Shown here piece by piece: positions 17,872-27,212 of a stretch of DNA of 64,000 nucleotides. Origin of the DNA: an uncultured Gaiellales bacterium (GTDB lineage Bacteria > Actinomycetota > Thermoleophilia > RBG-16-64-13); the NCBI GenBank assembly GCA_964423425.1, contig CAYRES010000004.1, positions 8,736-72,735 of the forward strand, in the 5' to 3' direction. Position numbers and translations under genes: made by a program. Position 1 is the first letter of the stretch. Each line of letters begins with the position of its first letter. The notes under the pieces were generated by a model that saw only the letters and a list, made by a program, of their open reading frames with translations, had not been told where the DNA came from and searched no databases.

Positions 17872-19927
17872 GCGTATCCTGCTCATGGGCAACGAAGCCA
17901 TCGCCCGCGGGGCGCTTGAGGCGGGGGTCTCCTTCTGTGCCGGCTATCCCGGCAACCCTTCCTCGGAGATCATAGACACCCTGCTCAAACACAAGACCCT
18001 ATGGCCCGACACCGCCTGGCCCACGCACGTAGAGTGGTCGGTCAATGAGATCGTGGCCATGGAAGCCGCCGCCGCCGCTGCCTTCACCGGCCTTCGTGCG
18101 TTGGTGGCCATGAAGCAGAACGGCATCAACGTATGCGCCGATTTCCTCACCACCGTGAACCTGACCGGTCTGGCCGGAGGAGCGCTGGTGGTGGTGGTGT
18201 GTGATGATCCCGGCCCCCTCACCAGCTCCAATGAGGAGGACTCCCGCTACTACGCCCGGTTGGCCATGTTGCCCCTGCTCGAGCCCTCCACCGCGCAGGA
18301 GGCCAAGGACGCCACGGCCTACGCCCTCGATCTGTCCGAGAGCAGCGGGCTCCCCGTGATCGTTCGGTCGGTCTCTCGCCTTTCTCACGGCCGCGGCCCG
18401 GTGAGCCTCGGCGTTCCCTCGCCTCCATCGCGTACCCCTCGCTTCGACCCGGCCACCCGACTCCTGGGTCTGCCTCATGTGGTCACTCGCAACCATGAGC
18501 GGCTTCTCGGCCTGCAGGAGGAGCTTCGCCTGGAGATGGAAGCCTCACCGCTGAACGCTTTCGTGGCGAATGCCGCGGAGGTGGCCGGCGGAGTGGGTGT
18601 AGCCACTACGGCGGATGCAGTCCTCGCAGAGAAGAGCACCCGCCTCGTCGTGGTGGCGGCCGGCTTGGGGGCGCTCTACGCCGATGAAGCCGTCAAAGAG
18701 ATAGGCAGGCTGCACCCCGAGGCCACCACCGGCTTGGGCGTGCTCAAACTGAGCGCCGTGTGGCCCTTCCCCCGCAATCTGGTGGCCGGCCACCTCGCCG
18801 GGGCTGAAGCGGTACTCGTGGTGGAGCAGGTGGAGCCCTTCGTGGAAGAACAGGTGCTCATGCTCCTTGGCGACGCGGAGGCGGGCCTTCCGCCTCTCAA
18901 GGTGTACGGCAAGGCGAGCGGGCACATGCCCGCCGCCGGTGAGATCGACTCCCACGATGTACTGGTGGCTCTGCGACGCATCTTGGCGCTCTCCGAAGGG
19001 AATGTATCCGCCAAGGGTTCGTTCCTCTCTGCGGAAAGCGGCTCAGGTGCCGTCGATACCCACGCCGAGGCCGACGCCTTGCGCCGCACCCAGGTACTCG
19101 AGGGGCTCCCACCGCGGGATATCAGCTTCTGCTTCGGCTGCCCCCACCGGGCCTCGTTCTACGCCATCAAAGCGGCAATGGCCCTGGACGGCCGTGAGGG
19201 TGTCGTCACCGGAGACATCGGCTGCTACGGCTTGGCCGCCGGGCCCACCGGCTTCTCTCAGCTCGCCACTCTGCACTGCATGGGGGCGGGGTTGGGCGAG
19301 GCCTCCGGCCTGGGAGTGTTGGGTCAGCTGGGCTTCACGCAGCCGGTGGTTGCCGTGGCCGGTGACTCCACCTTCTTCCACGCCTGTCTCCCCGCCCTCG
19401 TCAACGCCCGTTGGCAGAAGGCGGATGTGGTGTTCGTCATCCTGGACAACTCCACCACGGCGATGACCGGCTTCCAGCCTCATCCCGGCACCCCCTGCAG
19501 TCCGCTCGACCCCGAGAAGACTGTTGTCCTCCCCGAAGAGGTGTGCCGGGGAATGGGCGTGGAGACGGTGGTGGTGGATCCGGTGGCCGACCCCCGTGAG
19601 ACCGTCCGGCTTCTCTACGAGAGCCTCCAAGCGGGTGGTGTGCACGTGGTCATCATGCGCCGGGCCTGCGCCCAATACGAGAAGAAGGCGGGCTCAGCCG
19701 GACGTCGGAAGGCCATGGTTGTGGTGGAGAAGTGCCGGGGTGAGGAGTGCGGGTGCGACCGCTTCTGTAGCCGTATCATCGCCTGTCCGGGCAATCGCTT
19801 CGACCAGGAGACCGGCCGCGCCTACGTGGACCCCGACTACTGCAACGGCTGCGGCCTCTGTGTGGAGCTGTGTCCCTCCGGAGCACTCGTGTTGGCCGAC
19901 CCCCACACGCTGAAGGAGGGACGATGA
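17864..19927 (+). CDS. iorA: Indolepyruvate:ferredoxin oxidoreductase alpha subunit, second paralog
   Basis: [37 protein letters not shown]. TPP region [10 protein letters not shown]...[9 protein letters not shown]. C-terminal cluster motifs [14 protein letters not shown] and [12 protein letters not shown]. Confidence 0.9.
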   Translation: [687 protein letters not shown]

Positions 19928-20601
19928 GTGAGGAGAGGGTGTCAACAAGAAATGGCGAGGAGGTCCCCGTCAACTTGGTCTTCACCGGGGTGGGGGGCCA
20001 GGGCAACGTGATTGCTGCCAAGCTGGCCGGCAGCGCCCTGCTCGCGGCCGGCTTCGAGGTGGCGGTGGGGGATGTCTTCGGCCTCTCCCAGCGGGGTGGC
20101 TCAGTGGCGAGTCACGTGCGCTTTCACCGTGGAGCTCCTCTTCCGCCCCTCATTCCTCCGGGCAGGGCCGACTTCGTGGTGGGTTTCGAACCCCTGGAGG
20201 CGCTTCGGGTGCTCTGCCAGTTGGGTGGCCCCCACACCGGGGTGCTCACATCCACCGGAGATGTTCCTCCCACCGGGGTGCTCATGGGCACCTCCACCTA
20301 CCCCGAGGTCCAACAGCTCCTCGACGAGATGGCGCGGCTGGCCACGTTCGTCGTGCCCTTCGACGGTCTGGATCTGGCCCGACGGGCGGGTAACGTGCAG
20401 GCGCTCAACATGGTGATGGTGGGGGCGGCGACCGGTCTTGGCCTCCTACCCCTGACTGTCGAGGATCTCGTGCGCGAAGCCGAGGCGACCTTTGCTCCCA
20501 AACTTCGCTCTGTCAATCAGTCCGCCCTCGAACTCGGCTTCGAGTTGGGGGTGTCGGAGAGAGCGGGCCTCGAGCGTGGCGACAAAGAAAGGAAGGTTTA
20601 G
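19924..20601 (+). CDS. iorB: Indolepyruvate:ferredoxin oxidoreductase beta subunit, second paralog
   Basis: VNLVFTGVGGQGNVIAAKLAGSALLAAGFEV...GLSQRGGSVASHVRF. ATGA overlap with the iorA stop. Confidence 0.88.
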   Translation: MSEERVSTRNGEEVPVNLVFTGVGGQGNVIAAKLAGSALLAAGFEVAVGDVFGLSQRGGSVASHVRFHRGAPLPPLIPPGRADFVVGFEPLEALRVLCQLGGPHTGVLTSTGDVPPTGVLMGTSTYPEVQQLLDEMARLATFVVPFDGLDLARRAGNVQALNMVMVGAATGLGLLPLTVEDLVREAEATFAPKLRSVNQSALELGFELGVSERAGLERGDKERKV

Positions 20602-21507
20602 GTGTACAGAGTCTTGCAGCCTTTTGAGTACCTCGAAGCAAAGAGCGTCGACCACGCCGTGGAGCTTCTCACCCGCCTGGGTCCTGACGCCCGGGTCATC
20701 GCCGGAGGCACGGATCTCATCATCTCCATGAAGAAACGTGACCTGGCTCCGAAAGCCCTTATCGCCATTGGAGGGCTCAGCGAATTGAGCTTTCTCGAAG
20801 CCACGACCGAAGGTGGGCTTCGCATCGGGCCTCTGGTGACGCATGCGGCGGTCGCCGCTTCAGAGGTCGTCCGGGAACGTTTCGAGATGCTGGCGGTGGC
20901 AGCGGGGGAAGTGGGTACGCCACAGGTGAGGAACATGGGCACCCTAGGCGGCAACGTGTGCAAGGCCGGCCCCTCGCAGGACACTCCCCCGGTACTCATC
21001 GCCCTCGAGGCCGTGCTCACACTGCGGGGCCCCCACGGGGAGAGAAGCGTGCCGATGGGAGAATTCTGCACCGGTCCCTTCTGCACCGTTGTTGCTCCCG
21101 AAGAAGTTCTCACCGAGATCACCATCCCTCCGCTGCCGGAAGGCAGCGCCGGTTGTTACAAGTGGTGCACCAAGATCACGAAGGTGGATGAGACGCTGGC
21201 CGGGGCCGGTGTCGTGCTGTCACTGGCTGATGACGGTACCTGCAAGGACGTGCGCATCGGACTGGGCTCGGTTGCGCCCACGGCGATCCGGGCGCGGCAG
21301 GCCGAAGGGATGCTTCTCGGTACGAAGCTCGAACCGGGTGAGGTGGAGGCGGCGGCTGAGACGGCCTTCACCGAGTGCATGCCTCGCTCCCGGCCCGGTT
21401 ATCGCCGCCACATGGTGAGGGTGATGGTGAAGGACGCGGTCATGGAGCTCAAGGAGAAGATCGTGGGAGACAGTACGTCGAGTGACCCGGGGGAGGCGCC
21501 CCGATGA
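20602..21507 (+). CDS. Xanthine-dehydrogenase-family FAD-binding (medium, CoxM-like) subunit
   Basis: FEYLEAKSVDHAVELL......ARVIAGGTDLI is the molybdopterin-dehydrogenase FAD-binding N-terminus. 301 aa. Confidence 0.9.
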   Translation: MYRVLQPFEYLEAKSVDHAVELLTRLGPDARVIAGGTDLIISMKKRDLAPKALIAIGGLSELSFLEATTEGGLRIGPLVTHAAVAASEVVRERFEMLAVAAGEVGTPQVRNMGTLGGNVCKAGPSQDTPPVLIALEAVLTLRGPHGERSVPMGEFCTGPFCTVVAPEEVLTEITIPPLPEGSAGCYKWCTKITKVDETLAGAGVVLSLADDGTCKDVRIGLGSVAPTAIRARQAEGMLLGTKLEPGEVEAAAETAFTECMPRSRPGYRRHMVRVMVKDAVMELKEKIVGDSTSSDPGEAPR

Positions 21508-21986
21508 AGACTCTGGCCAACTTCGTGGTGAACGGCGAACCGTATGAACTTGCCATCGAGCCGAATCTTCTTCTCATAGAGGTGCTCCGGGACGAACTCG
21601 GGCTGACGGGTACGAAGCACAGCTGTGGAGTCGGCAACTGCGGTGCCTGTACCGTTCTCGTCGAGGGGGAACCGGTGCTTGCCTGTCTCAGTCTGGCCAT
21701 GGCTGCGCGAGGAAAGGCCATCACCACCATCGAGGGCTTGGCCGAAGGCCCCACCCTACATCCGCTCCAAGAGGCCTTCATCGAGGTGGGGGCCATTCAG
21801 TGCGGCTATTGCACGCCGGGCATGATCCTCACCGCGAAGGCTCTGCTTGACAAGAAACCCGACCCCACCGAGGAGGATGTCCGTGAAGCCTTGGCGGGCA
21901 ACATCTGCCGCTGTACCGGTTACGTGAAGATTATTGAGGCGGTACTCGCTGCTGCCGAGGCCATGCGGAAGGGGGCGGCCCGATGA
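21504..21986 (+). CDS. (2Fe-2S)-binding small subunit of molybdenum hydroxylase (CoxS-like)
   Basis: Plant-type plus second 2Fe-2S motifs: CGVGNCGACTV....C and CGYCTPGM....CRCTGY. Confidence 0.92.
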   Translation: MKTLANFVVNGEPYELAIEPNLLLIEVLRDELGLTGTKHSCGVGNCGACTVLVEGEPVLACLSLAMAARGKAITTIEGLAEGPTLHPLQEAFIEVGAIQCGYCTPGMILTAKALLDKKPDPTEEDVREALAGNICRCTGYVKIIEAVLAAAEAMRKGAAR

Positions 21987-24286
21987 ACGAGGAGTTCAGC
22001 GTTGTAGGTAAGAGGATTCGCCAGCCCGATGGTCCGGCCAAGGCCACCGGGGAAGCCAAGTTCGTGGGTGACCTTCGCATGCCGGGCATGCTCATCGCCA
22101 AAGTGCTCCGCAGTCCCCACGCCCATGCCCGGGTGGCGGCCATAGACACGAGTAGGGCTGAGGCGCTTCCCGGTGTGGCTGCGGTACTCACGCCGGATGA
22201 CCTCGAGGACTGGAGCGGCTTCGACCGGGGCATGAAGGACATGCCGCTGGTGGCCGGGGGGTACCGCATCCCACCTGAAGAACAGGTGGTCAACCGCGTC
22301 GCCCGCCACTATGGGGATGCCGTGGCGGCTGTCGCCGCCGTCAACGAACACATCGCCGAAGAGGCCCTCTCGCTGCTCGAGGTGGAGTACGAGGTGCTGC
22401 CCTTCGTGCTGAACGCTGAGGAAGCCCTGCGTTCCGGGGCGCCGCAGGTGACGGAAGCCGCTCCCGGCAACATCGGCAAGCACCTGTCGTATCCCTACCC
22501 CGAGGGCGACGTCGATCAGGCTCTCGCCGAAGCCGATCTGGTGGTGGAGGGCGAGTTCCAGACCACGAAGCAGGATCACTGCACCCAGGAGACGGCGGCC
22601 TGCCTTGCCTATGTGGATGCGTCCGGGCGTCTCAACGTATGGTCGCAATGCCAGCTGGCCCACCTGGCCCGGCGCGAACTGGCGAATATCTTCAACCTGC
22701 CGGTCCACAAGGTGAAGATCATGACGCCGTTCGTGGGAGGCAGTTTCGGCCAGCGCGGCGCCCTCTGTGCGGAGCCGGTGGCGGTCGCCTTGGCGCTCAA
22801 GACCAACAAGCCGGTCAAGCTGGTCTTCTCCCGGGAGGACAACTTCTTGGGGCTCGAGAGCCGCACCGGTTTCGACAACATCCACGTGCGTCTGGGGTTC
22901 AAGAAGGACGGCACCCTCACGGCAATCAAGACGAATATGCTTGGCCATCTGGGTGGGTACATGGGCTGTGGCCCCATGGCGTCGGTCATCGGCATGACGC
23001 TCTCCATGGGCCATTACCGCTGTCCCAACCGGTACGGCGACGCCGACATGGTGATGACGAACATCCCGGTGTCCGGCGCCATGAGGGGTTTCGGCAACGA
23101 TGCCATGATGTTCTGCATCGAGCAGTTGGTGGACGAAGCGGCCGAGAAGTTGGGCCTCGATCCCATCGATATCCGGCTGAAGAACACCAAACAGCCGGGC
23201 GAAACGGCCTCCATGGGGCTCATGCTGGAGAGCAGTTACCTGGAGGACTGCATGCGGGCCGGCGCTGAGAGGTTCGGCTGGCAGGAGCTGCGCTCACAGC
23301 CCAAGGAGACCGAGGGACGCATCAGGCGCGGTTGCGGCATGGCCACCATGAGCCACTGCACCGGCGCCGCACCTCTGTATCTGGAACACTCCAACGCCAT
23401 GGTGAAGTTCAACGAGGACGGCTCGGTCAACCTCACCGTGTATCCCGCTCCCGTGGGCACGCATATCTGGGGTGCTCTTTCCCAGATCTGCGCCGAGGAA
23501 CTCGGTATCGGGGTCGAAGACGTGAGCATCGTTACAGGCGACACCGACATCACCCTGTTCGAGTACGGTTCCGACGCAAGCCGCTCCACCTACGCCATCG
23601 GAGGCGCCACACTGAGGGCGGCGCGGAAGGCCAAGGAACAGTTGCTGGCTCATGCGGCGGAGATGCTCGAAGTTCCTCCGGACCAGCTGGAGACGCGGGA
23701 CAGACGAGTGTTCTCCAAGGCCGACCCCAACAAGAGTATCGACGTGGGTGAGGTGTGCTACGACGCCATCTACAGCTTCGGGGGAGAGGCCACGAACTTC
23801 GCGGGCAAGCAGTCGTTCGAGCCGACGTGGAACTCACCCACCTTCGGCGCTTACTTCGCCGAGGTCGAGGTCGATACCGAGACCGGCCGCGTGTGCGTGA
23901 CCCGTTTCGTGACCGCCATCGACTGCGGCAAAGCCATCAATCCCATGGCGGTGGAGGGCCAGCTCGAGGGAGGCCTTCAGCAGGGCCTGGGTTACGCCTT
24001 GACGGAGAACTTCCTGGTGAACGAGACCACGGGCAAGGTGGAGACCACGAACTACGACAGCTATAAGGTGCCGGGCACGCTCGACATGCCGCACAGTGAA
24101 GTCATCATCGTCGACAAACCCGACCCCAAGGGCCCGTTCGGAGCCAAGGGGGTGGGAGAGCCGGGTATGGTGGGGATTCCCCCTGCCATAGCCAACGCCA
24201 TATACGACGCGATTGGAGTGAGGATCCATAGTCTGCCCATGACCCCTGAACGGATCCTGGCGGCACTGGCTGAGAAGGACGACTGA
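21983..24286 (+). CDS. Xanthine-dehydrogenase/aldehyde-oxidoreductase-family molybdopterin-binding large subunit
   Basis: 767 aa. Has the generic XDH-family GAMRGFG motif, not the CODH AYRCSFR motif. Also KVKIMTPFVGGSFGQRG and a C-terminal GVGEPGMVGIPPAIANAIYDA block. Confidence 0.9.
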   Translation: MNEEFSVVGKRIRQPDGPAKATGEAKFVGDLRMPGMLIAKVLRSPHAHARVAAIDTSRAEALPGVAAVLTPDDLEDWSGFDRGMKDMPLVAGGYRIPPEEQVVNRVARHYGDAVAAVAAVNEHIAEEALSLLEVEYEVLPFVLNAEEALRSGAPQVTEAAPGNIGKHLSYPYPEGDVDQALAEADLVVEGEFQTTKQDHCTQETAACLAYVDASGRLNVWSQCQLAHLARRELANIFNLPVHKVKIMTPFVGGSFGQRGALCAEPVAVALALKTNKPVKLVFSREDNFLGLESRTGFDNIHVRLGFKKDGTLTAIKTNMLGHLGGYMGCGPMASVIGMTLSMGHYRCPNRYGDADMVMTNIPVSGAMRGFGNDAMMFCIEQLVDEAAEKLGLDPIDIRLKNTKQPGETASMGLMLESSYLEDCMRAGAERFGWQELRSQPKETEGRIRRGCGMATMSHCTGAAPLYLEHSNAMVKFNEDGSVNLTVYPAPVGTHIWGALSQICAEELGIGVEDVSIVTGDTDITLFEYGSDASRSTYAIGGATLRAARKAKEQLLAHAAEMLEVPPDQLETRDRRVFSKADPNKSIDVGEVCYDAIYSFGGEATNFAGKQSFEPTWNSPTFGAYFAEVEVDTETGRVCVTRFVTAIDCGKAINPMAVEGQLEGGLQQGLGYALTENFLVNETTGKVETTNYDSYKVPGTLDMPHSEVIIVDKPDPKGPFGAKGVGEPGMVGIPPAIANAIYDAIGVRIHSLPMTPERILAALAEKDD

Positions 24287-24381
24287 GGAGCCGGTGCCGG
24301 GCGATGCCGAGGGAAGGAGCAAGAGGCACTGCCATGGGGAACGCGGACGGGTCACCGCCACCCGGGTCTGCCGGCCGGACC

Positions 24382-25584
24382 ATGGCGTACTTGGATAACG
24401 CGTGCCTGGGTAGGCTTGGCCCGGAGTCGGCGGCGTGGGCTCGGGATGTCGTGGGCCGTCTCGAACGACCCGCCGGCCCGCCCACGGAGCTGGTCGTGGA
24501 GCTCTATCAGACGTACCCGCGTGCCCGTGCGTTGGCTGCCGCACTCGTGGGGGTCGACGAACAGCGTATCGCTCTCGTGGAGAGCACGTCACACGGGCTG
24601 GGTATGGTGGCCGCGGCTCTCCCTCTTTCGTCAGGCGACAATGTCTTGGTATGCGACCTGGAGTTCTTCCCCTCGGCCCTCTGCTGGCGGGCCCGAGCAG
24701 AAGCAATTGACCTGGAGGTGCGGCCGGTCCGGACTGCCGGTGGACGTGTCGGCGCGGTGGATTTCGAGCGCCATCTCGACGAACGGACCAAGGCCATTGT
24801 GGTGAGTGCCGTACAGGAGATCAACGGCTTCCGGGCACCCCTCGCCGATCTCTGCCGGATGGCCCACGCGGCCGGCGTCATGGTGATCGTGGACGGCGTG
24901 CAGGAAGTCGGCTGTCTGAACATCGACCTCGGCGGCGCGTACGACGAGTGCCCCGATGTGTACTGTGCGGGTGGGCACAAGTGGCTATGCAACCCGTTCG
25001 GCGTAGGCTTCATGTGTGTGCATGCCCGTGCACTCGACCTGCTCAAGCCGGCCTTCTACGGCTACTTCAACGCGGCCGAGCCCGATGATGGCTGGGGCTC
25101 GTATCTGGCCTCGCCGGAGCGCACACCGTTCGACCCCCTGCCCCTTCTTCCCGGGGCGCAACGCTTCGAGAGCGGGGGAATGGGCAACTTCTTGGGAGCG
25201 GCGGTGCTCGGCGCCAATCTGGAAGCGCTTCTTGCCAGGGGCATGGACAGGGTGGAGGCAGAGGTGAAGTCCCTCGGAGAACGCCTGGTCGAGGGTATCG
25301 AGGGCTTGGGTCTCGAAGTGCGCTGCTCTCTGGTCGGGGCTGAACGTTCCGGCATCACCGTGTTCGGCTTGCCCGGAGGCTTTCAGGCCGAGCTGGAGCT
25401 GAACGACTACCTGGCTTCCCACGGGGTGTATGTGTCGGTGCGCTATACGTCGGGAGTGGGTGGCGTTCGTGTTTCCCCCCACGTGCACAACGATTCTGTT
25501 GATGTCGACAGGCTGCTGGAAGCGACGGAGACGTGGCTCGGTTTCGCGAAATACTCGAGGCAGGAGTCTCGCGAAGGTTTATGA
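24382..25584 (+). CDS. Class V aminotransferase-fold PLP enzyme (NifS/cysteine-desulfurase-like)
   Basis: PLP-lysine motif GGHKWLCNPFGVGFM and fold-type-I class V N-terminal region. The start could be as early as 24304. It follows the Mo-subunit gene directly. Confidence 0.75.
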   Translation: MAYLDNACLGRLGPESAAWARDVVGRLERPAGPPTELVVELYQTYPRARALAAALVGVDEQRIALVESTSHGLGMVAAALPLSSGDNVLVCDLEFFPSALCWRARAEAIDLEVRPVRTAGGRVGAVDFERHLDERTKAIVVSAVQEINGFRAPLADLCRMAHAAGVMVIVDGVQEVGCLNIDLGGAYDECPDVYCAGGHKWLCNPFGVGFMCVHARALDLLKPAFYGYFNAAEPDDGWGSYLASPERTPFDPLPLLPGAQRFESGGMGNFLGAAVLGANLEALLARGMDRVEAEVKSLGERLVEGIEGLGLEVRCSLVGAERSGITVFGLPGGFQAELELNDYLASHGVYVSVRYTSGVGGVRVSPHVHNDSVDVDRLLEATETWLGFAKYSRQESREGL

Positions 25585-25979
25585 TGAAAGATGGGGGATA
25601 TGGGTCGGCCCGAGGGTGCCAAGGTCTTGACAAGAAGGGTATCCGTGGTCTAATAGGTAAACCGCACATCCTACCGCGTGAGCGGTTCCAGCAAGGCATC
25701 CCGACGCCCGCTGGATGTGCGAGGACGGAATTGATGGGGAACCGAACGGGAACTATTCAGTCTTGGCGTCTATCTGTACGATCAACACGTCTTGTTCGCG
25801 GGTGTGCGATAGGAAGGAGGTAAAGGGGTAGTACCAGCGCAAGAGGTGCCGGGGCATATCTCGACGTGTCCAGGTGGCCTGCGTCGTGAGGCTGATGTTT
25901 CGTCTCCCAGGCGCGTTGTTGTGCAAAAGCACTTCTGAAGCAAGGTTCACTCTCCAGAACCCAAGAAGGGGGTTGCTCT

Positions 25980-27212
25980 GTGAGAATTCGTTCAACAGTT
26001 CTTGTGGTCATTCTTATGTTGATTGCGGCGCTCTCGGTTGTTGTCGCCGGCTGCGGCGGAACCGAAGAGACAACTACTACCACTGCTGCCGGAGGCGACG
26101 AGACCACAACCACCGCGCCTTCCACAGGCGAAGTCATCGAGGTCAAGATCGCTGCTCAAGGTCCGTTCAGCGGGCAGCTTTCCAAGATCGGTCTCGACGC
26201 TCTTCAGGCCGTTGAGTTGGCGGTAGAAGAATTCAACGAGTCGCAGGACCAGATCAGGGTCACGGTTGAGGTGGGCGACGACGTGGCCGACCCGGCGAAA
26301 TCAGCGTTGTTGGCTGAGAAGTTCGTCTCCGACGCGTTGGTGATGGGTGTCATCGGCCCCATGAACAGCTCCGCCGGCCAATCGGCGCTCCCGGTGTTGG
26401 AGCCCGCCGGCCTGGCGCTGATCACCCAGTCGATGACGGCCGTCGAGCTCTCTCAGCAGGGCTACGCCGTGTTTCACCGGATCTGCCCGCGTGACGACGC
26501 CCAGGGTGCCGGCATCGCCGGGATCATGGCCGTCGATGTGGGGGCCGAGAAGGTCTACATGATCGACGACAAGAGCACCTACGGCCAGGGCCTGGCCGAC
26601 GAGGTGGAAGGCCTGCTGCGCGACAAGTACGGCATCACCGAGATCCAGCGTGACCAGATCGGGCCCGACGACAAGGAGTTCTCGACGCTGATCACCAAGA
26701 TCCGGGCCTTCGATCCGGATGTGTTCTTAGCCTGCATCCCCAGCCCGGCCCAGTATGCCGCCATCGCCAAGCAGATGCAGGCGGTGGGTTACCAGGTGCA
26801 GCTGGTCGGAGCCGATGCTGCAAACGACAAGGGTGAGTTCGTCGATGCCGCTGGCGATGCCACCGAGGGCACCCTCTTTACGTCGCTGGGGCCCATCGTG
26901 ACGGCCTCCACCAACCCGGCCACCGTGGCTTTCGTGGAGAAGTACCTCGATCGTTTCGGTGAGCTTTCAATGTTCTCCGCGCAGAGCTATGAAGCGGCCA
27001 ACGTGCTGCTCGACGCCATTGTGCGCGCCTACGAGGCCAATGGCGAAGTGACCCGTGAAGGTGTGCTCGAAGCGCTGAAGGCCACCAGCTACGACGGCGT
27101 TCTCGGCTTCACCATCGAGTTCACCGATCAGGGCGACCTTGCCTCCTCCGGTGTGTTCATCGGGCAAGTCAAGGACGGCGACTTCGTCTTGGTCAAAGAG
27201 GCGAACTTCTAG
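25980..27212 (+). CDS. ABC transporter substrate-binding lipoprotein, branched-chain/hydrophobic amino-acid (LivJ/LivK) family
   Basis: Lipoprotein signal peptide (LIAALSVVVAGCGG), a Thr/Glu-rich linker, then a type-I periplasmic binding fold (IKIAAQGPFSG...VMGVIGPMNSSAG). Confidence 0.85.
   Translation: MRIRSTVLVVILMLIAALSVVVAGCGGTEETTTTTAAGGDETTTTAPSTGEVIEVKIAAQGPFSGQLSKIGLDALQAVELAVEEFNESQDQIRVTVEVGDDVADPAKSALLAEKFVSDALVMGVIGPMNSSAGQSALPVLEPAGLALITQSMTAVELSQQGYAVFHRICPRDDAQGAGIAGIMAVDVGAEKVYMIDDKSTYGQGLADEVEGLLRDKYGITEIQRDQIGPDDKEFSTLITKIRAFDPDVFLACIPSPAQYAAIAKQMQAVGYQVQLVGADAANDKGEFVDAAGDATEGTLFTSLGPIVTASTNPATVAFVEKYLDRFGELSMFSAQSYEAANVLLDAIVRAYEANGEVTREGVLEALKATSYDGVLGFTIEFTDQGDLASSGVFIGQVKDGDFVLVKEANF

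Noticed and set aside
16303-17901. 532-aa ORF on the minus strand
   Set aside because: It is antisense to the FrhB-like gene, which has clear FeS/FrhB motifs. The antisense translation is Arg/Pro/Gly-rich low-complexity sequence, the typical shadow ORF of a high-GC genome. The same reasoning rejects the other long antisense ORFs: 341..1552, 3836..4996, 6016..6819, 9952..10995, 12018..13052, 21920..23014, 23834..24706, 29966..31099, 31096..32661, 33270..34274, 34405..35205, 35497..36267, 54151..55089, 54993..56219, 55967..56965, 58475..59836, 60730..61551 and 63377..63997.
21983-24286. Possibility that the coxM-coxS-coxL-ordered Mo enzyme is an aerobic CO dehydrogenase
   Set aside because: The large subunit carries the generic xanthine-dehydrogenase-family GAMRGFG active-site loop. 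It lacks the CODH-specific AYRCSFR (form I) or AYRGAGR (form II) loop. No coxDEFG accessory genes are present.
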